Shown: piece by piece, positions 20,397-29,372 of the stretch
Numbering within the stretch: position 1 is the first letter of the stretch
How the letters are laid out: each line of letters starts with the position of its first letter
Assembly: GCA_963657715.1 (NCBI GenBank)
Contig: CAVKML010000013.1
Location: 2,572-66,571, forward strand
Origin: an uncultured bacterium
GTDB taxonomy: Bacteria; Bacteroidota; Bacteroidia; Bacteroidales; UBA932
Direction of reading: 5' to 3'
DNA length: 64,000 nt
Translations under genes and position numbers: made by a program
Notes under the pieces: model-generated
The model's input: the letters and a program-made list of their open reading frames with translations, nothing else
Databases searched by the model: none
What the model was told of the DNA's origin: nothing

Positions 20397-21488
20397 TTAT
20401 AATATATGCCCTATCCCTTCGAGTTCGAGGAGAAGCTCCGGGCGGCAGATGTCGGCGGTGAGGAAGTGGATGGGAATGCTCTGGAAATGAGCCGAGAAGA
20501 CCTCGCGGACGGCTTCCATGTCCTGCGGACGGCGCACATAGACGCGCATCAGGCCGAAATGGAAACCGGAGCGGTCCTGGGAAATGTTGGAAGGCTCCAC
20601 CAGGTGTTCCACCACGTCGATCGCCTCCCTGGCCTGCACACGGGCATCGTCCGAGAACTCGCTGTTCTCACCCTTGATCGCGGCTGTTCCGGACACAAAG
20701 ACAACGTCCCCAAGCAGTCTCCCTCTCTCGAATTTAGGCGTGGTGCGGATTGCCTCCTTGCCTGAAGCCAGGACTTTTCCTGAATATTTGTGCGCGGGAA
20801 TCTGCAAAGGATTGTCAATCGGCATGTCTGCCCCTTTGAAGCCTTTTACGGCATAGGCGACAACCATCACTCCGCCGGCATCACAACCGATGCCGGTCGC
20901 CGCCGGATAACCATTGGACCAGTCGGCGGTCTCATAGAAATCCGATCTCGCGTCATTGAACAACTGATAGTTTTGGACACCTTCATTCACTGCGGTGATG
21001 TGTTCGATGTAATTCCATTGGCGGACAATGTCTGAAATGGCAAATGACTCTGAATCAAGAATATTCCTTATTCTGCCAAATACTTTGGAGGATTGGTTCC
21101 CTATGTCCCCGGCTGCAGGGAAATGGATTCCTTGCGTCAGCAGCTCCTCGCATCCATCCGAGCGAAGGATAAGATAATCCTCATGCCTTTCGATCTCTGG
21201 CGCATCCATGAGATAAAGGATCTCCGCGACAAGCTTTCCGCCCATCGGCCTCTGGGAGACGTAACTTACAAGCGGACAATCTTTTAAAACAGAGCTAGTG
21301 GTGGAATGAAGAATATGGTCATTCGAGAGGTAGGTCTTTGTGTCAGAGGCTGCATAGAAATAGGTAATGCTGGCGATAATATATTCATTGCCAATCTTTT
21401 CGAGAATGTCAGCACATTGCATCTCCAATGCTCCGTCAACCGAGGAGGTGATTATTTCCGTGAACTTTTCTGTCATTGGAATATTCAT
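20397..21488 (-). CDS. Rid/YjgF-superfamily protein, FkbO/Hyg5 chorismatase-like
   Basis: IVRQWNYI, NYQ.FN..R, YPAATGIG, DNPLQ..A..Y, VFVSGTA.I.G, ADICRPELLLELEG; start uncertain (21488 or 21476). Confidence 0.7.
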   Translation of the reverse strand: MNIPMTEKFTEIITSSVDGALEMQCADILEKIGNEYIIASITYFYAASDTKTYLSNDHILHSTTSSVLKDCPLVSYVSQRPMGGKLVAEILYLMDAPEIERHEDYLILRSDGCEELLTQGIHFPAAGDIGNQSSKVFGRIRNILDSESFAISDIVRQWNYIEHITAVNEGVQNYQLFNDARSDFYETADWSNGYPAATGIGCDAGGVMVVAYAVKGFKGADMPIDNPLQIPAHKYSGKVLASGKEAIRTTPKFERGRLLGDVVFVSGTAAIKGENSEFSDDARVQAREAIDVVEHLVEPSNISQDRSGFHFGLMRVYVRRPQDMEAVREVFSAHFQSIPIHFLTADICRPELLLELEGIGHIL

Positions 21489-21720
21489 TGATCCGTCTGC
21501 AAATTTCGACATTTTCCCCGACATTCGAAATCCCAATTAATGGGTGTTTCCGAAAAGTTCGGAATAAACTTGCTGAAAAGTTCGGAATGACTTTTCGATT
21601 TGCTACCCCCGGAATCTTTTTGATCACATTTCAGCCGGTAAGTAATTCTGCCAAAAATGAAAGGATGTGCCAATGAAAAAACTTGTATATTTGTCCGAAT
21701 ATATTAAACCACGACGACGA

Positions 21721-24102
21721 ATGAAGAAAATTCTGCTTGCCGTCGCCTGCTGCGCGATGACACTTCTCGCCCAGGCGAACCCGGCTCACAAAGTGAAGAT
21801 CAATGATGGCCTTACGGTCAGTGTAGAGGCTTGCTCCGAGAGCATATTCAGGATCAAGGTGTCCCCGAGGAAGGATTTCACCGAGTCCTTGATGGAACGC
21901 TACGAACTCATCAAGACCGATTGGAGTGAGGTGAGTGCCAGCGTCTCCGACAAAGGAGGGGTCTGGACGCTGAAGACTCCGGAATATTCATTGGCCATCA
22001 ACAAGAAGACTGGTGTGATGACCGTGAAGGACGCCAAAGGTGGAAACGTGATCAAAGAAATCAAATTCCTGTCTGGGAAAGAGGGGCTTTGCGGCGAGAT
22101 GAGGTCCTTCATCAACGAGAAGTACGCTGATCTTAAGGTGGCTGACAACGGTGGCGGCATCATCGGTGATGACAACGGCAAGTTCGGCGAAGTGGACAAA
22201 AATGAGATTCCGGCGGCGGACGCGGTGAGCATCCTCAGCATCAGCATGGAGAACGGCGAGCGGTTCTATGGTGGCGGCAGCACCAGCCGCGACCACATCC
22301 AGCATAGGGGCGAGTTCCTCAGGATGTGGACGACCTACCAGCAGACGGAGATTCCGATGCCGTTCATGATGAGTTCGCGCGGCTGGGGCGTTTACAACAA
22401 CTCGACCCGCAAGAGCTTCTTCGACATCGGCAGCCAGCAGAAGACCAAGTTCAACATAATCAACACCTTCGATGAGGCTGATTTCTACCTGATGATGGGC
22501 AAGGACATGCCTGCGGTGCTTAATGAATATACCCTCGTAACCGGTCGTACCTACGTCCTTCCGAAATGGGCCTATGGACTTTGCTTCGGCCCGAATATGC
22601 GTGAGGAACAGTTCGACATCCTGAACGATGCCGTGCGCTTCCGTCAGTTTGACGTGCCTTGCGACGTGTTCTGGCTTGAGCCTCAGTGGATGGAGAAGCG
22701 TTACGACTTCTCGACTCAGAAAAAGTGGAATTACGACAGGTTCTCTCCGGAGCCTTACTGGCTTCAGAACCAGTACCCTAAGACGATGCATAACCGCCTC
22801 TTCATCGGCAAGCTCCGCTCTATGGGCTTCCACCTCGGACTCTGGCTCTGTGAGGAATATGACCTCAGCATCCAGGAGGAGGACATCATCGCCGAGCGTA
22901 CCGGAGGCAAGCTTTCAGGCCAGGAGCATTGGATGGATCACCTGACCGTGTTTATGGATCAGGGTGTGGAGGGATTCAAGCTGGATCCTGCCCGTACCAT
23001 TGACAACCACACGAACTGGAAATATTACAACGGCCGCACTGACAAGGAGATGCACAACCTCAACCAGGTTCTTCTCCCTAAGCAGATGCGTGAGCTTGGC
23101 CGCAAGTACAATGGCAAGCGTACCTGGCATCACTACTGTGGCGGATGGTCTGGAACACAGCGTTGGACGGCCTCGACTTCGGGCGACAACGGTGGCGGCA
23201 AGACGGCTCTCTACGACCAGCTCAACCTTGGCATGAGCGGATTCCTGAACACTTCGTGCGACGTGATGAGCGTTCCTCGCGAGCTTGAGATGCAGGGGCT
23301 TCACTTCGGCCTCTTCCTGCCTTGGGTGCAGATCAACAGCTGGTTCTCAATGATGCATCCGTTCTACTATGCGCAGCAGGAGCAGGATATCTACCGTTTC
23401 TACGTGAAGTTGAGATATTCATTGGCTCCGTACATTTACTCGATGGCGCTTGAGGCGGCTCAGAATGGTATGCCGATCGTACGTTCGATGCCGTTGTGCT
23501 TTCCTGATGACCGCAACTGTGACGACATGACGTATCAGTATATGTTCGGCGACAATTTCTGCGTGGGCATATTCACAAATGAGATTTATCTACCGAAGGG
23601 GACTTGGACTGACGCTTGGAGCGGCGAGAAGGTTGTGAGCAAGGGGGAGACTTTCATTCGTGAATATCCTTCCAACCGCGCGGGGCTTCTCTTCATCCGT
23701 GAGGGAGCGATCATTCCGACGCAACCTGATGTTGAATATCTCGGGGCGCGTCCGTTCGACCGCGTCATCCTGAAGGTTTATCCTCACGGGGACAGCGAGT
23801 ACACGATGTTCGACGACGATGGGGAGACTTATGAATATGAGAACGGGGGGATCGCTTCGACTTTGTTCGAGTCGCATGAGAAGAATGGTGCCGTTGAGGT
23901 GGTTGTGAATCCGGTTCAGGGTGGCTTCAAAGGGATGCCTTCGGAGCGGGAGTATTCATTCCGCATTCAGAGGGATTCGCGTCCGGGATCTGTCGCTGTC
24001 AATGGTGTGGCTGTTGAGGATTGGACTTACGAGGACGGAATGGTTTGTTTGTCAGCGGGTGAGGTTGGCGTGGCGGATAAGGTTGTTGTCAAAATTAATT
24101 AA
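21721..24102 (+). CDS. Glycoside hydrolase family 31
   Basis: Signal peptide from ATG 21721 (promoter box TATATTTG at 21686); PKWAYG, GFKLD nucleophile, SGDN acid/base, GMPIVRSM, QYMFG. Confidence 0.9.
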   Translation: MKKILLAVACCAMTLLAQANPAHKVKINDGLTVSVEACSESIFRIKVSPRKDFTESLMERYELIKTDWSEVSASVSDKGGVWTLKTPEYSLAINKKTGVMTVKDAKGGNVIKEIKFLSGKEGLCGEMRSFINEKYADLKVADNGGGIIGDDNGKFGEVDKNEIPAADAVSILSISMENGERFYGGGSTSRDHIQHRGEFLRMWTTYQQTEIPMPFMMSSRGWGVYNNSTRKSFFDIGSQQKTKFNIINTFDEADFYLMMGKDMPAVLNEYTLVTGRTYVLPKWAYGLCFGPNMREEQFDILNDAVRFRQFDVPCDVFWLEPQWMEKRYDFSTQKKWNYDRFSPEPYWLQNQYPKTMHNRLFIGKLRSMGFHLGLWLCEEYDLSIQEEDIIAERTGGKLSGQEHWMDHLTVFMDQGVEGFKLDPARTIDNHTNWKYYNGRTDKEMHNLNQVLLPKQMRELGRKYNGKRTWHHYCGGWSGTQRWTASTSGDNGGGKTALYDQLNLGMSGFLNTSCDVMSVPRELEMQGLHFGLFLPWVQINSWFSMMHPFYYAQQEQDIYRFYVKLRYSLAPYIYSMALEAAQNGMPIVRSMPLCFPDDRNCDDMTYQYMFGDNFCVGIFTNEIYLPKGTWTDAWSGEKVVSKGETFIREYPSNRAGLLFIREGAIIPTQPDVEYLGARPFDRVILKVYPHGDSEYTMFDDDGETYEYENGGIASTLFESHEKNGAVEVVVNPVQGGFKGMPSEREYSFRIQRDSRPGSVAVNGVAVEDWTYEDGMVCLSAGEVGVADKVVVKIN

Positions 24103-24133
24103 GTTTGGTTTTGCCAGCTATGTTACAGCTGGG

Positions 24134-24223
24134 TTTTGCGGCGAGGCGCTTACCTCCGAGGGACCTGCGCTTCGCGCCCTGTCCGGGTAAATGGTCCCTC
24201 GGGGGAAGCGTCTCGCCGCAAAA
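24134..24223. repeat. Long imperfect palindrome (REP-like) between GH31 and GH3
   Basis: About 31-bp arms ttttgcggcgaggcgcttacctccgagggacc / ggtccctcgggggaagcgtctcgccgcaaaa; gcgcttcgcgc in the loop. Confidence 0.75.
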
Positions 24224-24240
24224 AGGTTTTATTATTGAAT

Positions 24241-26508
24241 ATGAAAAGAATTGCGATAATATTAGGGCTTGCGGCGGTGATGGTGTCGTGTTCGCGGAAG
24301 GACTGGAGAGACGCTTCGTTGCTGGCGGAGGAAAGGGCGCGGCTGATTCTGAAGGAGATGACCCTTGAGGAGAAGGTGGGGCAGATGTGTCAGTATGTGG
24401 CACCGTGCTATGTGGAACCGGGAAAGGGGTCGGCTCGCAAAAACATTGATGCGACTGACGAGAATCTGGGGAACAAGGATTTGTCCGACAAGGTCCGTAG
24501 GGGAGAGGTGGGAGCCTTTCTGCATGTGATGACATCCGACGAGGCGGTGGCGCTTCAGAAAATGGCGCAGGAGAGCCGGCTGGGGATTCCGCTGCTGCTG
24601 GGGATCGACGCGATTCATGGGAACGCGCTGATCGAAGGGTGCACGGTCTATCCTACGAACATCAACATGGCCTCCACTTTCAATCCGGAGTTTATGGAGA
24701 GAATCGGAGAGGAAACCGCCCTTGAGATGCGTCAGAGAGGAGTGTTCTGGACTTTCGGACCTAACCTTGACATTGCTCGGGACGCTCGCTGGGGGAGGAT
24801 GGGAGAGACTTTCGGCGAAGATGCTCTGCTGACCTCCGAGATGGGAAAATATACCATCTGGGGATTCCAAGGACGTGACGGGAAATATTCAGGGAATCAC
24901 GTGGTGGCTTGCGCCAAGCATCTGATTGCCGGAGGAGAGCCGTTCGGGGGATTGAATGCCGCGCCGATGGACATCTCCGAGCGTAAGTTGCGTGAACTTT
25001 ACCTGCCACCGTTTGTGGCGGCGATCCGTGACGCTAAAGTCGGGACGGTTATGGCTGCCCACAATGAGATCAACGGGATTCCGTGCCACGGTAACAAATG
25101 GCTGCTGAACGACTTGCTGCGTGACGAACTTGGCTTCGACGGGTTTGTTGTCAGCGACTGGATGGACATCGAGAGGCTTCATTCCATGCATCATTGGGTT
25201 CCGGATTCGACCGAGGCGTTCGTGGTTTCTGTTGAAGCTGGAATCGACATGCACATGCAGGGAGACAAATATTTCGAGGCCGTCGTAAATGCTGTGAAAT
25301 CCGGAAGGATTCCACAGTCTCGTATCGATCAGGCCGCCGGCAAGATTTTGGCCGTGAAGTTCGCTCTCGGGCTGTTCGAGCATCCTGTACCGGAGATCCC
25401 GGAGGTCCTTGAAGGTGCCGCCGAGCATCGCCAGACCGCACTTGAAGCCGCACGTCAAGGACTTGTGCTATTGAAGAATGACGGGACGCTTCCACTGAAG
25501 TCTCCGCGCAGGATATTCATTGTCGGACCGAACGCCGACAGCCAGACGATTCTCGGAGACTGGGCCGTGCCACAGAACAATGAGAATGTCATCACAGTGC
25601 TTGACGGCCTCAAAGCCGCGATGCCGAATGTCTCGATTGACACTTTATGCTTCGGAGGCAAGATCACCAATGTCAACACAAAGGGAATCCAGATGGCTCG
25701 CCTCAAGGCTTCGGCCGCTGATGTGAACATCGTTGTGGTCGGTGAGAATTCGCAGAGATATTCAGCCTTCGGACGAACCTGCGGCGAGAATTGCGACAGG
25801 GATGATCTGAGCCTTCCGGGAATGCAGGAGCAGCTTCTGGAAGCTGTCGTGGCTTCCGGCAAGCCGACCGTTGTAGTGCTGATGACGGGCAGAGCGCTCA
25901 GCATCGGTTGGGCTAAGGACAATGCCAACGCCATTCTGAACGTTTGGGAACCGGGTCAGATGGGTGGCCAGGCGATCGCTGAAGTTCTGACCGGCCAGGT
26001 GAACCCTTCCGGCAAGCTGCCTGTGACCGTGCCGCGTAACGTCGGTCAGGTACAGACCGTTTACAACTACAAGCATTCTCAGTACTCCCGCCTGTTCGCG
26101 ACCAACGAGACCGGAGCCCTCTGGCCATTCGGTTACGGATTGAGCTACAGCACATTTGAATATTCAGACGCGGCACTTTCGAAATCCGAGATCGGTACCT
26201 CAGAGTCTTTGAAGGCCACCGTGACCGTCGCCAACAACGGCCCTTACGATGGCGACGAGGTGGTCCAGCTCTACATCCGTGATGAATATGGTTCCGTGAC
26301 CCGTCCGGTCAAGGAGTTGAAGGCGTTCCGCCGAATCAGCCTCAAGAACGGCGAAAGCGCCAAGGTCGAGTTCGACATCACCCCGGAGATGCTCCAATGC
26401 TGGGGCGCATCCGAGAAGTGGACCGTAGAGCCGGGGAACTTCACCGTCCTTCTCGGTTCCTCCTCCGCCGACTCCGACCTTGTTCCTCTGTCTCTGAAAG
26501 TTAAGTAA
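24241..26508 (+). CDS. Glycoside hydrolase family 3 (BglX-like) with FN3-like domain
   Basis: Lipobox MVSC from ATG 24241; MTLEEKVGQ, RDARWGR.GE, AKH, VVSDW nucleophile, NPSGKLP, PFGYGLSY. Confidence 0.93.
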   Translation: MKRIAIILGLAAVMVSCSRKDWRDASLLAEERARLILKEMTLEEKVGQMCQYVAPCYVEPGKGSARKNIDATDENLGNKDLSDKVRRGEVGAFLHVMTSDEAVALQKMAQESRLGIPLLLGIDAIHGNALIEGCTVYPTNINMASTFNPEFMERIGEETALEMRQRGVFWTFGPNLDIARDARWGRMGETFGEDALLTSEMGKYTIWGFQGRDGKYSGNHVVACAKHLIAGGEPFGGLNAAPMDISERKLRELYLPPFVAAIRDAKVGTVMAAHNEINGIPCHGNKWLLNDLLRDELGFDGFVVSDWMDIERLHSMHHWVPDSTEAFVVSVEAGIDMHMQGDKYFEAVVNAVKSGRIPQSRIDQAAGKILAVKFALGLFEHPVPEIPEVLEGAAEHRQTALEAARQGLVLLKNDGTLPLKSPRRIFIVGPNADSQTILGDWAVPQNNENVITVLDGLKAAMPNVSIDTLCFGGKITNVNTKGIQMARLKASAADVNIVVVGENSQRYSAFGRTCGENCDRDDLSLPGMQEQLLEAVVASGKPTVVVLMTGRALSIGWAKDNANAILNVWEPGQMGGQAIAEVLTGQVNPSGKLPVTVPRNVGQVQTVYNYKHSQYSRLFATNETGALWPFGYGLSYSTFEYSDAALSKSEIGTSESLKATVTVANNGPYDGDEVVQLYIRDEYGSVTRPVKELKAFRRISLKNGESAKVEFDITPEMLQCWGASEKWTVEPGNFTVLLGSSSADSDLVPLSLKVK

Positions 26509-26571
26509 TCCACTTAAATTCTGGCGACATAATCGCCAAGTGGCCCTTCTCATCAGTAGCCACTTTCAATA

Positions 26572-26604
26572 TTGTCCGGCAGGAACAGGCTCCTGCCGGA
26601 CAAT
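26572..26604 (+). terminator. Hairpin after GH3
   Basis: attgtccggcagga/tcctgccggacaat 14-bp stem. Confidence 0.55.
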
Positions 26605-26780
26605 GTGTATATTATTGCCGGTATCCGGTGGCAATCGTTTTCACAGGACAAAAGGCTCTCGGATTGCCGAATTCGTGTGTTTCCGTCAGTCGTATTTATG
26701 GCAAGTCGTTTGAAAAGAGCATCGCTATAACTGGCATATTCTTTGGAGAACGAGGAAGCCTTGACTAACTACTAATTGAA

Positions 26781-27530
26781 ATGAAAAAGTTATTTGTTGT
26801 GTTAGTGCTGGTTTCGCTGACTGGAAGCGCGGCATTCGCCCAAAAGATTCTGCCTGAAAGTCAAGACATTCGTTTCACAGCCGGCGTGAGGATTCCTATT
26901 GAGAAGTCAAGAGCCAATTCCGGCGAGGTCATGAGCCTGACCTACGGGCGGAGTCTTGGAAAAGGCTTTGTGGCAAGAGGCGGAGTGCAATGGATGTTCG
27001 AGAACATGGACATCGACGACTATCTTGGCCTGCCTCTGTCCGTGTCTTGGAGCAGCGGACGCCGCACGTTCAGGCAATCGTTGGAGAACGGATTGGAAAA
27101 CACCTTGCGTAATGCCTACAGCAACAAGTACTACTACAACTATGATCCGACCATGGATGATGTCGCCGGCAGTTTCTTCACCGGATTGTTCAACAGGATC
27201 GAGTTCTTCGCCGGATTGACTCCGGGGTACATTTTCGGGCCTAATGACGATTCTCCACGTCATGGCTCTTACGGTGGAGTCAGCGGTGAAAGCTATATGT
27301 ACATAAAGAACCGTTTCAGCCTTACGGCGGACGCTGGCTTCGGGCTTTCGTTCCAGATATGGCGTTTCAGGTTGAGTGTCATCCCGTCAGTCCACTATTT
27401 CATTACGGACAACTACAGGGAGGTCAACAACAAGTCGTACTCCACCCCGACAGGCACGGAGACCACCAATTCGGACAAATCCAGATCCTGGCAGTTCTCC
27501 ATCCAAGGTGGACTGACCTTCGCTTTGTAG
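26781..27530 (+). CDS. Putative outer-membrane beta-barrel protein
   Basis: Sec signal AFAQ; alternating hydrophobic beta strands; C-terminal SIQGGLTFAL. Confidence 0.6.
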   Translation: MKKLFVVLVLVSLTGSAAFAQKILPESQDIRFTAGVRIPIEKSRANSGEVMSLTYGRSLGKGFVARGGVQWMFENMDIDDYLGLPLSVSWSSGRRTFRQSLENGLENTLRNAYSNKYYYNYDPTMDDVAGSFFTGLFNRIEFFAGLTPGYIFGPNDDSPRHGSYGGVSGESYMYIKNRFSLTADAGFGLSFQIWRFRLSVIPSVHYFITDNYREVNNKSYSTPTGTETTNSDKSRSWQFSIQGGLTFAL

Positions 27531-27577
27531 GAACATGATGCTTCGCCGGAAATGTGAGCCGGCATATTCAGAGAGGA

Positions 27578-27805
27578 TCACTCTGCCTTGCCGGCCTGTT
27601 CGTTCTGGGCAAGCAGCGCCATCGCCGCGTCGTAGTCGGAAGCGTTGACCTTGACCTCGATCGGATCGACATAGTTCAGTGAAACGTAGGAGGAGTTTTC
27701 TCCGAACACTGCGGCAGGGATGCCGTTCTCATTGAGCATGCCCGCAGTGATGTGGGCGCTCATAGCGTCGCTGAATTTTGCGACAGTCTTGAAGTCTTCT
27801 GCCAT
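27578..27805 (-). CDS. DUF2007 (putative signal transducing) protein
   Basis: TVAKF....SAHI..GML.ENGI.A...E pattern and IEVKV...DY..A; 75 aa. Confidence 0.75.
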   Translation of the reverse strand: MAEDFKTVAKFSDAMSAHITAGMLNENGIPAAVFGENSSYVSLNYVDPIEVKVNASDYDAAMALLAQNEQAGKAE

Positions 27806-27902
27806 AATCTTTGAATATTAGAGGGTTGTACCTGAGCCTTAGTGGCTGTGGGCCGCCACGAGGGTATATTCATTACTCATTTTGCGCGAATGCGGTGGGG
27901 CA

Positions 27903-28373
27903 TTACTCTTCGTCCGGCATGCGGAACTTGTACTCCAGGCCGCCGACGATCCGCACCACTTCCTTGGTGAGGCCTTCGACCTCGAAGCCGCCAAGCTCGC
28001 GGGTCATCGTGATCCTGTCCTCGAACATCTTGAAGAGGGCGCTGAACTTGGAGCGGAGGCGGAAAGTCATGTTCTCGCCGTCCTCGCTTTCGAGACGGTA
28101 GCCGCGCGTCTCCATATATTCAATAATCCCGCCACGGAGGTCGGAATATTCACCTTTAAGCATAAGCGACCTTTTGATGAAGCCGAATTTTGGGTAGAAT
28201 ACTGACACGAATGCGAACAGCAAGGCAATCTGCCACAAGGACTTGTAACCATCCCGGAACATCAGGCTGACATCGGCCTTGACGACCCCGACGAACACAA
28301 GCGCCGCCATGATGACCACAAAAAGGATGGTGAAATAGAAAAAGTATTTGACCGCTCTGATAAAATATTTCAT
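27903..28373 (-). CDS. Hypothetical membrane protein
   Basis: Two hydrophobic N-terminal segments; promoter box at 28399-28406 supports the ATG at 28373. Confidence 0.7.
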   Translation of the reverse strand: MKYFIRAVKYFFYFTILFVVIMAALVFVGVVKADVSLMFRDGYKSLWQIALLFAFVSVFYPKFGFIKRSLMLKGEYSDLRGGIIEYMETRGYRLESEDGENMTFRLRSKFSALFKMFEDRITMTRELGGFEVEGLTKEVVRIVGGLEYKFRMPDEE

Positions 28374-28398
28374 AATAGTCCGATTTTTGCTAACCAAG

Positions 28399-28427
28399 CA
28401 AAAATACGAAATGTTTTGTTATTTTTG
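28399..28427. promoter_or_regulatory. Back-to-back divergent -7 boxes
   Basis: TATTTTTG on minus (28399-28406) and plus (28420-28427) strands between divergent genes. Confidence 0.55.
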
Positions 28428-28454
28428 TGTCATTAATCATTAAATCGAAAGACT

Positions 28455-29369
28455 ATGGCAGAAATAGATCCTATCCAGGAGCGCCGTGAGCGCGAAGAGC
28501 AGGAAAGAAAGAATGAAAGCCTTAAGAAAATGATGTGGGGCTTAGTGGCTGTGGCTGTGCTTCTTGCCGCCGGCCTTGCCTACATCTGGTTCTCAAAGTC
28601 CAGCCTTGTGAAGGACCTTAACGCGGAGAAGGACGACCTTACCCAGCAGATGATCGCCTTGAGGGGGGACTACGATAGCCTTTCATCAGACTACGCTTCA
28701 ATCAACAGCCAGCTGGATTCTTCCAAGGAAGAAGTCAACCAGTTGATAGAGAGGATCCAGAAGACCGAGGCCACGAACCGCCGCAAGATGCGCCAGTACG
28801 AGAAGGAACTCGGAACCCTGCGCAGCATCATGAAGAACTACATCGTACAGATCGATTCCCTCAACACATTGAATCACAAACTGACGGCTGATGCCGCCGC
28901 CGCCCGCCGCGAGGCAGCTGAAAGCCGTGCCGAGAACGCCGACCTCAAGGGCAAGGTGGAGAACCTTTCCGGTCAGGTGGCAGCCGGCTCCGTTATCAAG
29001 TCAAGAGGCCTCAGTGTCGCCGCCTACAATGCTTCCGACAAGGTTACGGACCGCAGCAGCAGAGTGGTTAGACTTTTGGCTTCCTTGAGTCTGGTAGAAA
29101 ACGATCTGGCTCCTAAGGGACCTGTAAGGGTTTATCTGCGTGTCAAGGATCCGGACGGAATCCTGCTCACCAACAGCAGCCAGACCTCGTTCTCGTTCAA
29201 CGGACAGACCATGGTCGCATCCGCTTCCCGCGAGGTTGACTACGAGGGCAAGGAGGTTGACCTGAGCATCTACCTCAACGACATTCCTTCCTATCAGTCT
29301 GGAATATACACGGTTGAGGCCTACACCTCTCAGGCGTTCCTCGGCAAGACCGAACTCTTGCTCCGATAA
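28455..29369 (+). CDS. Membrane-anchored coiled-coil protein
   Basis: Single TM helix, long heptad-rich region, C-terminal beta domain (GIYTVE.Y). Confidence 0.75.
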   Translation: MAEIDPIQERREREEQERKNESLKKMMWGLVAVAVLLAAGLAYIWFSKSSLVKDLNAEKDDLTQQMIALRGDYDSLSSDYASINSQLDSSKEEVNQLIERIQKTEATNRRKMRQYEKELGTLRSIMKNYIVQIDSLNTLNHKLTADAAAARREAAESRAENADLKGKVENLSGQVAAGSVIKSRGLSVAAYNASDKVTDRSSRVVRLLASLSLVENDLAPKGPVRVYLRVKDPDGILLTNSSQTSFSFNGQTMVASASREVDYEGKEVDLSIYLNDIPSYQSGIYTVEAYTSQAFLGKTELLLR

Positions 29370-29372
29370 TCC

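Noticed and set aside
24136..24240. N-terminal extension of GH3 in the ORF track
   Set aside because: Runs through the palindrome; ATG 24241 gives a proper lipoprotein signal
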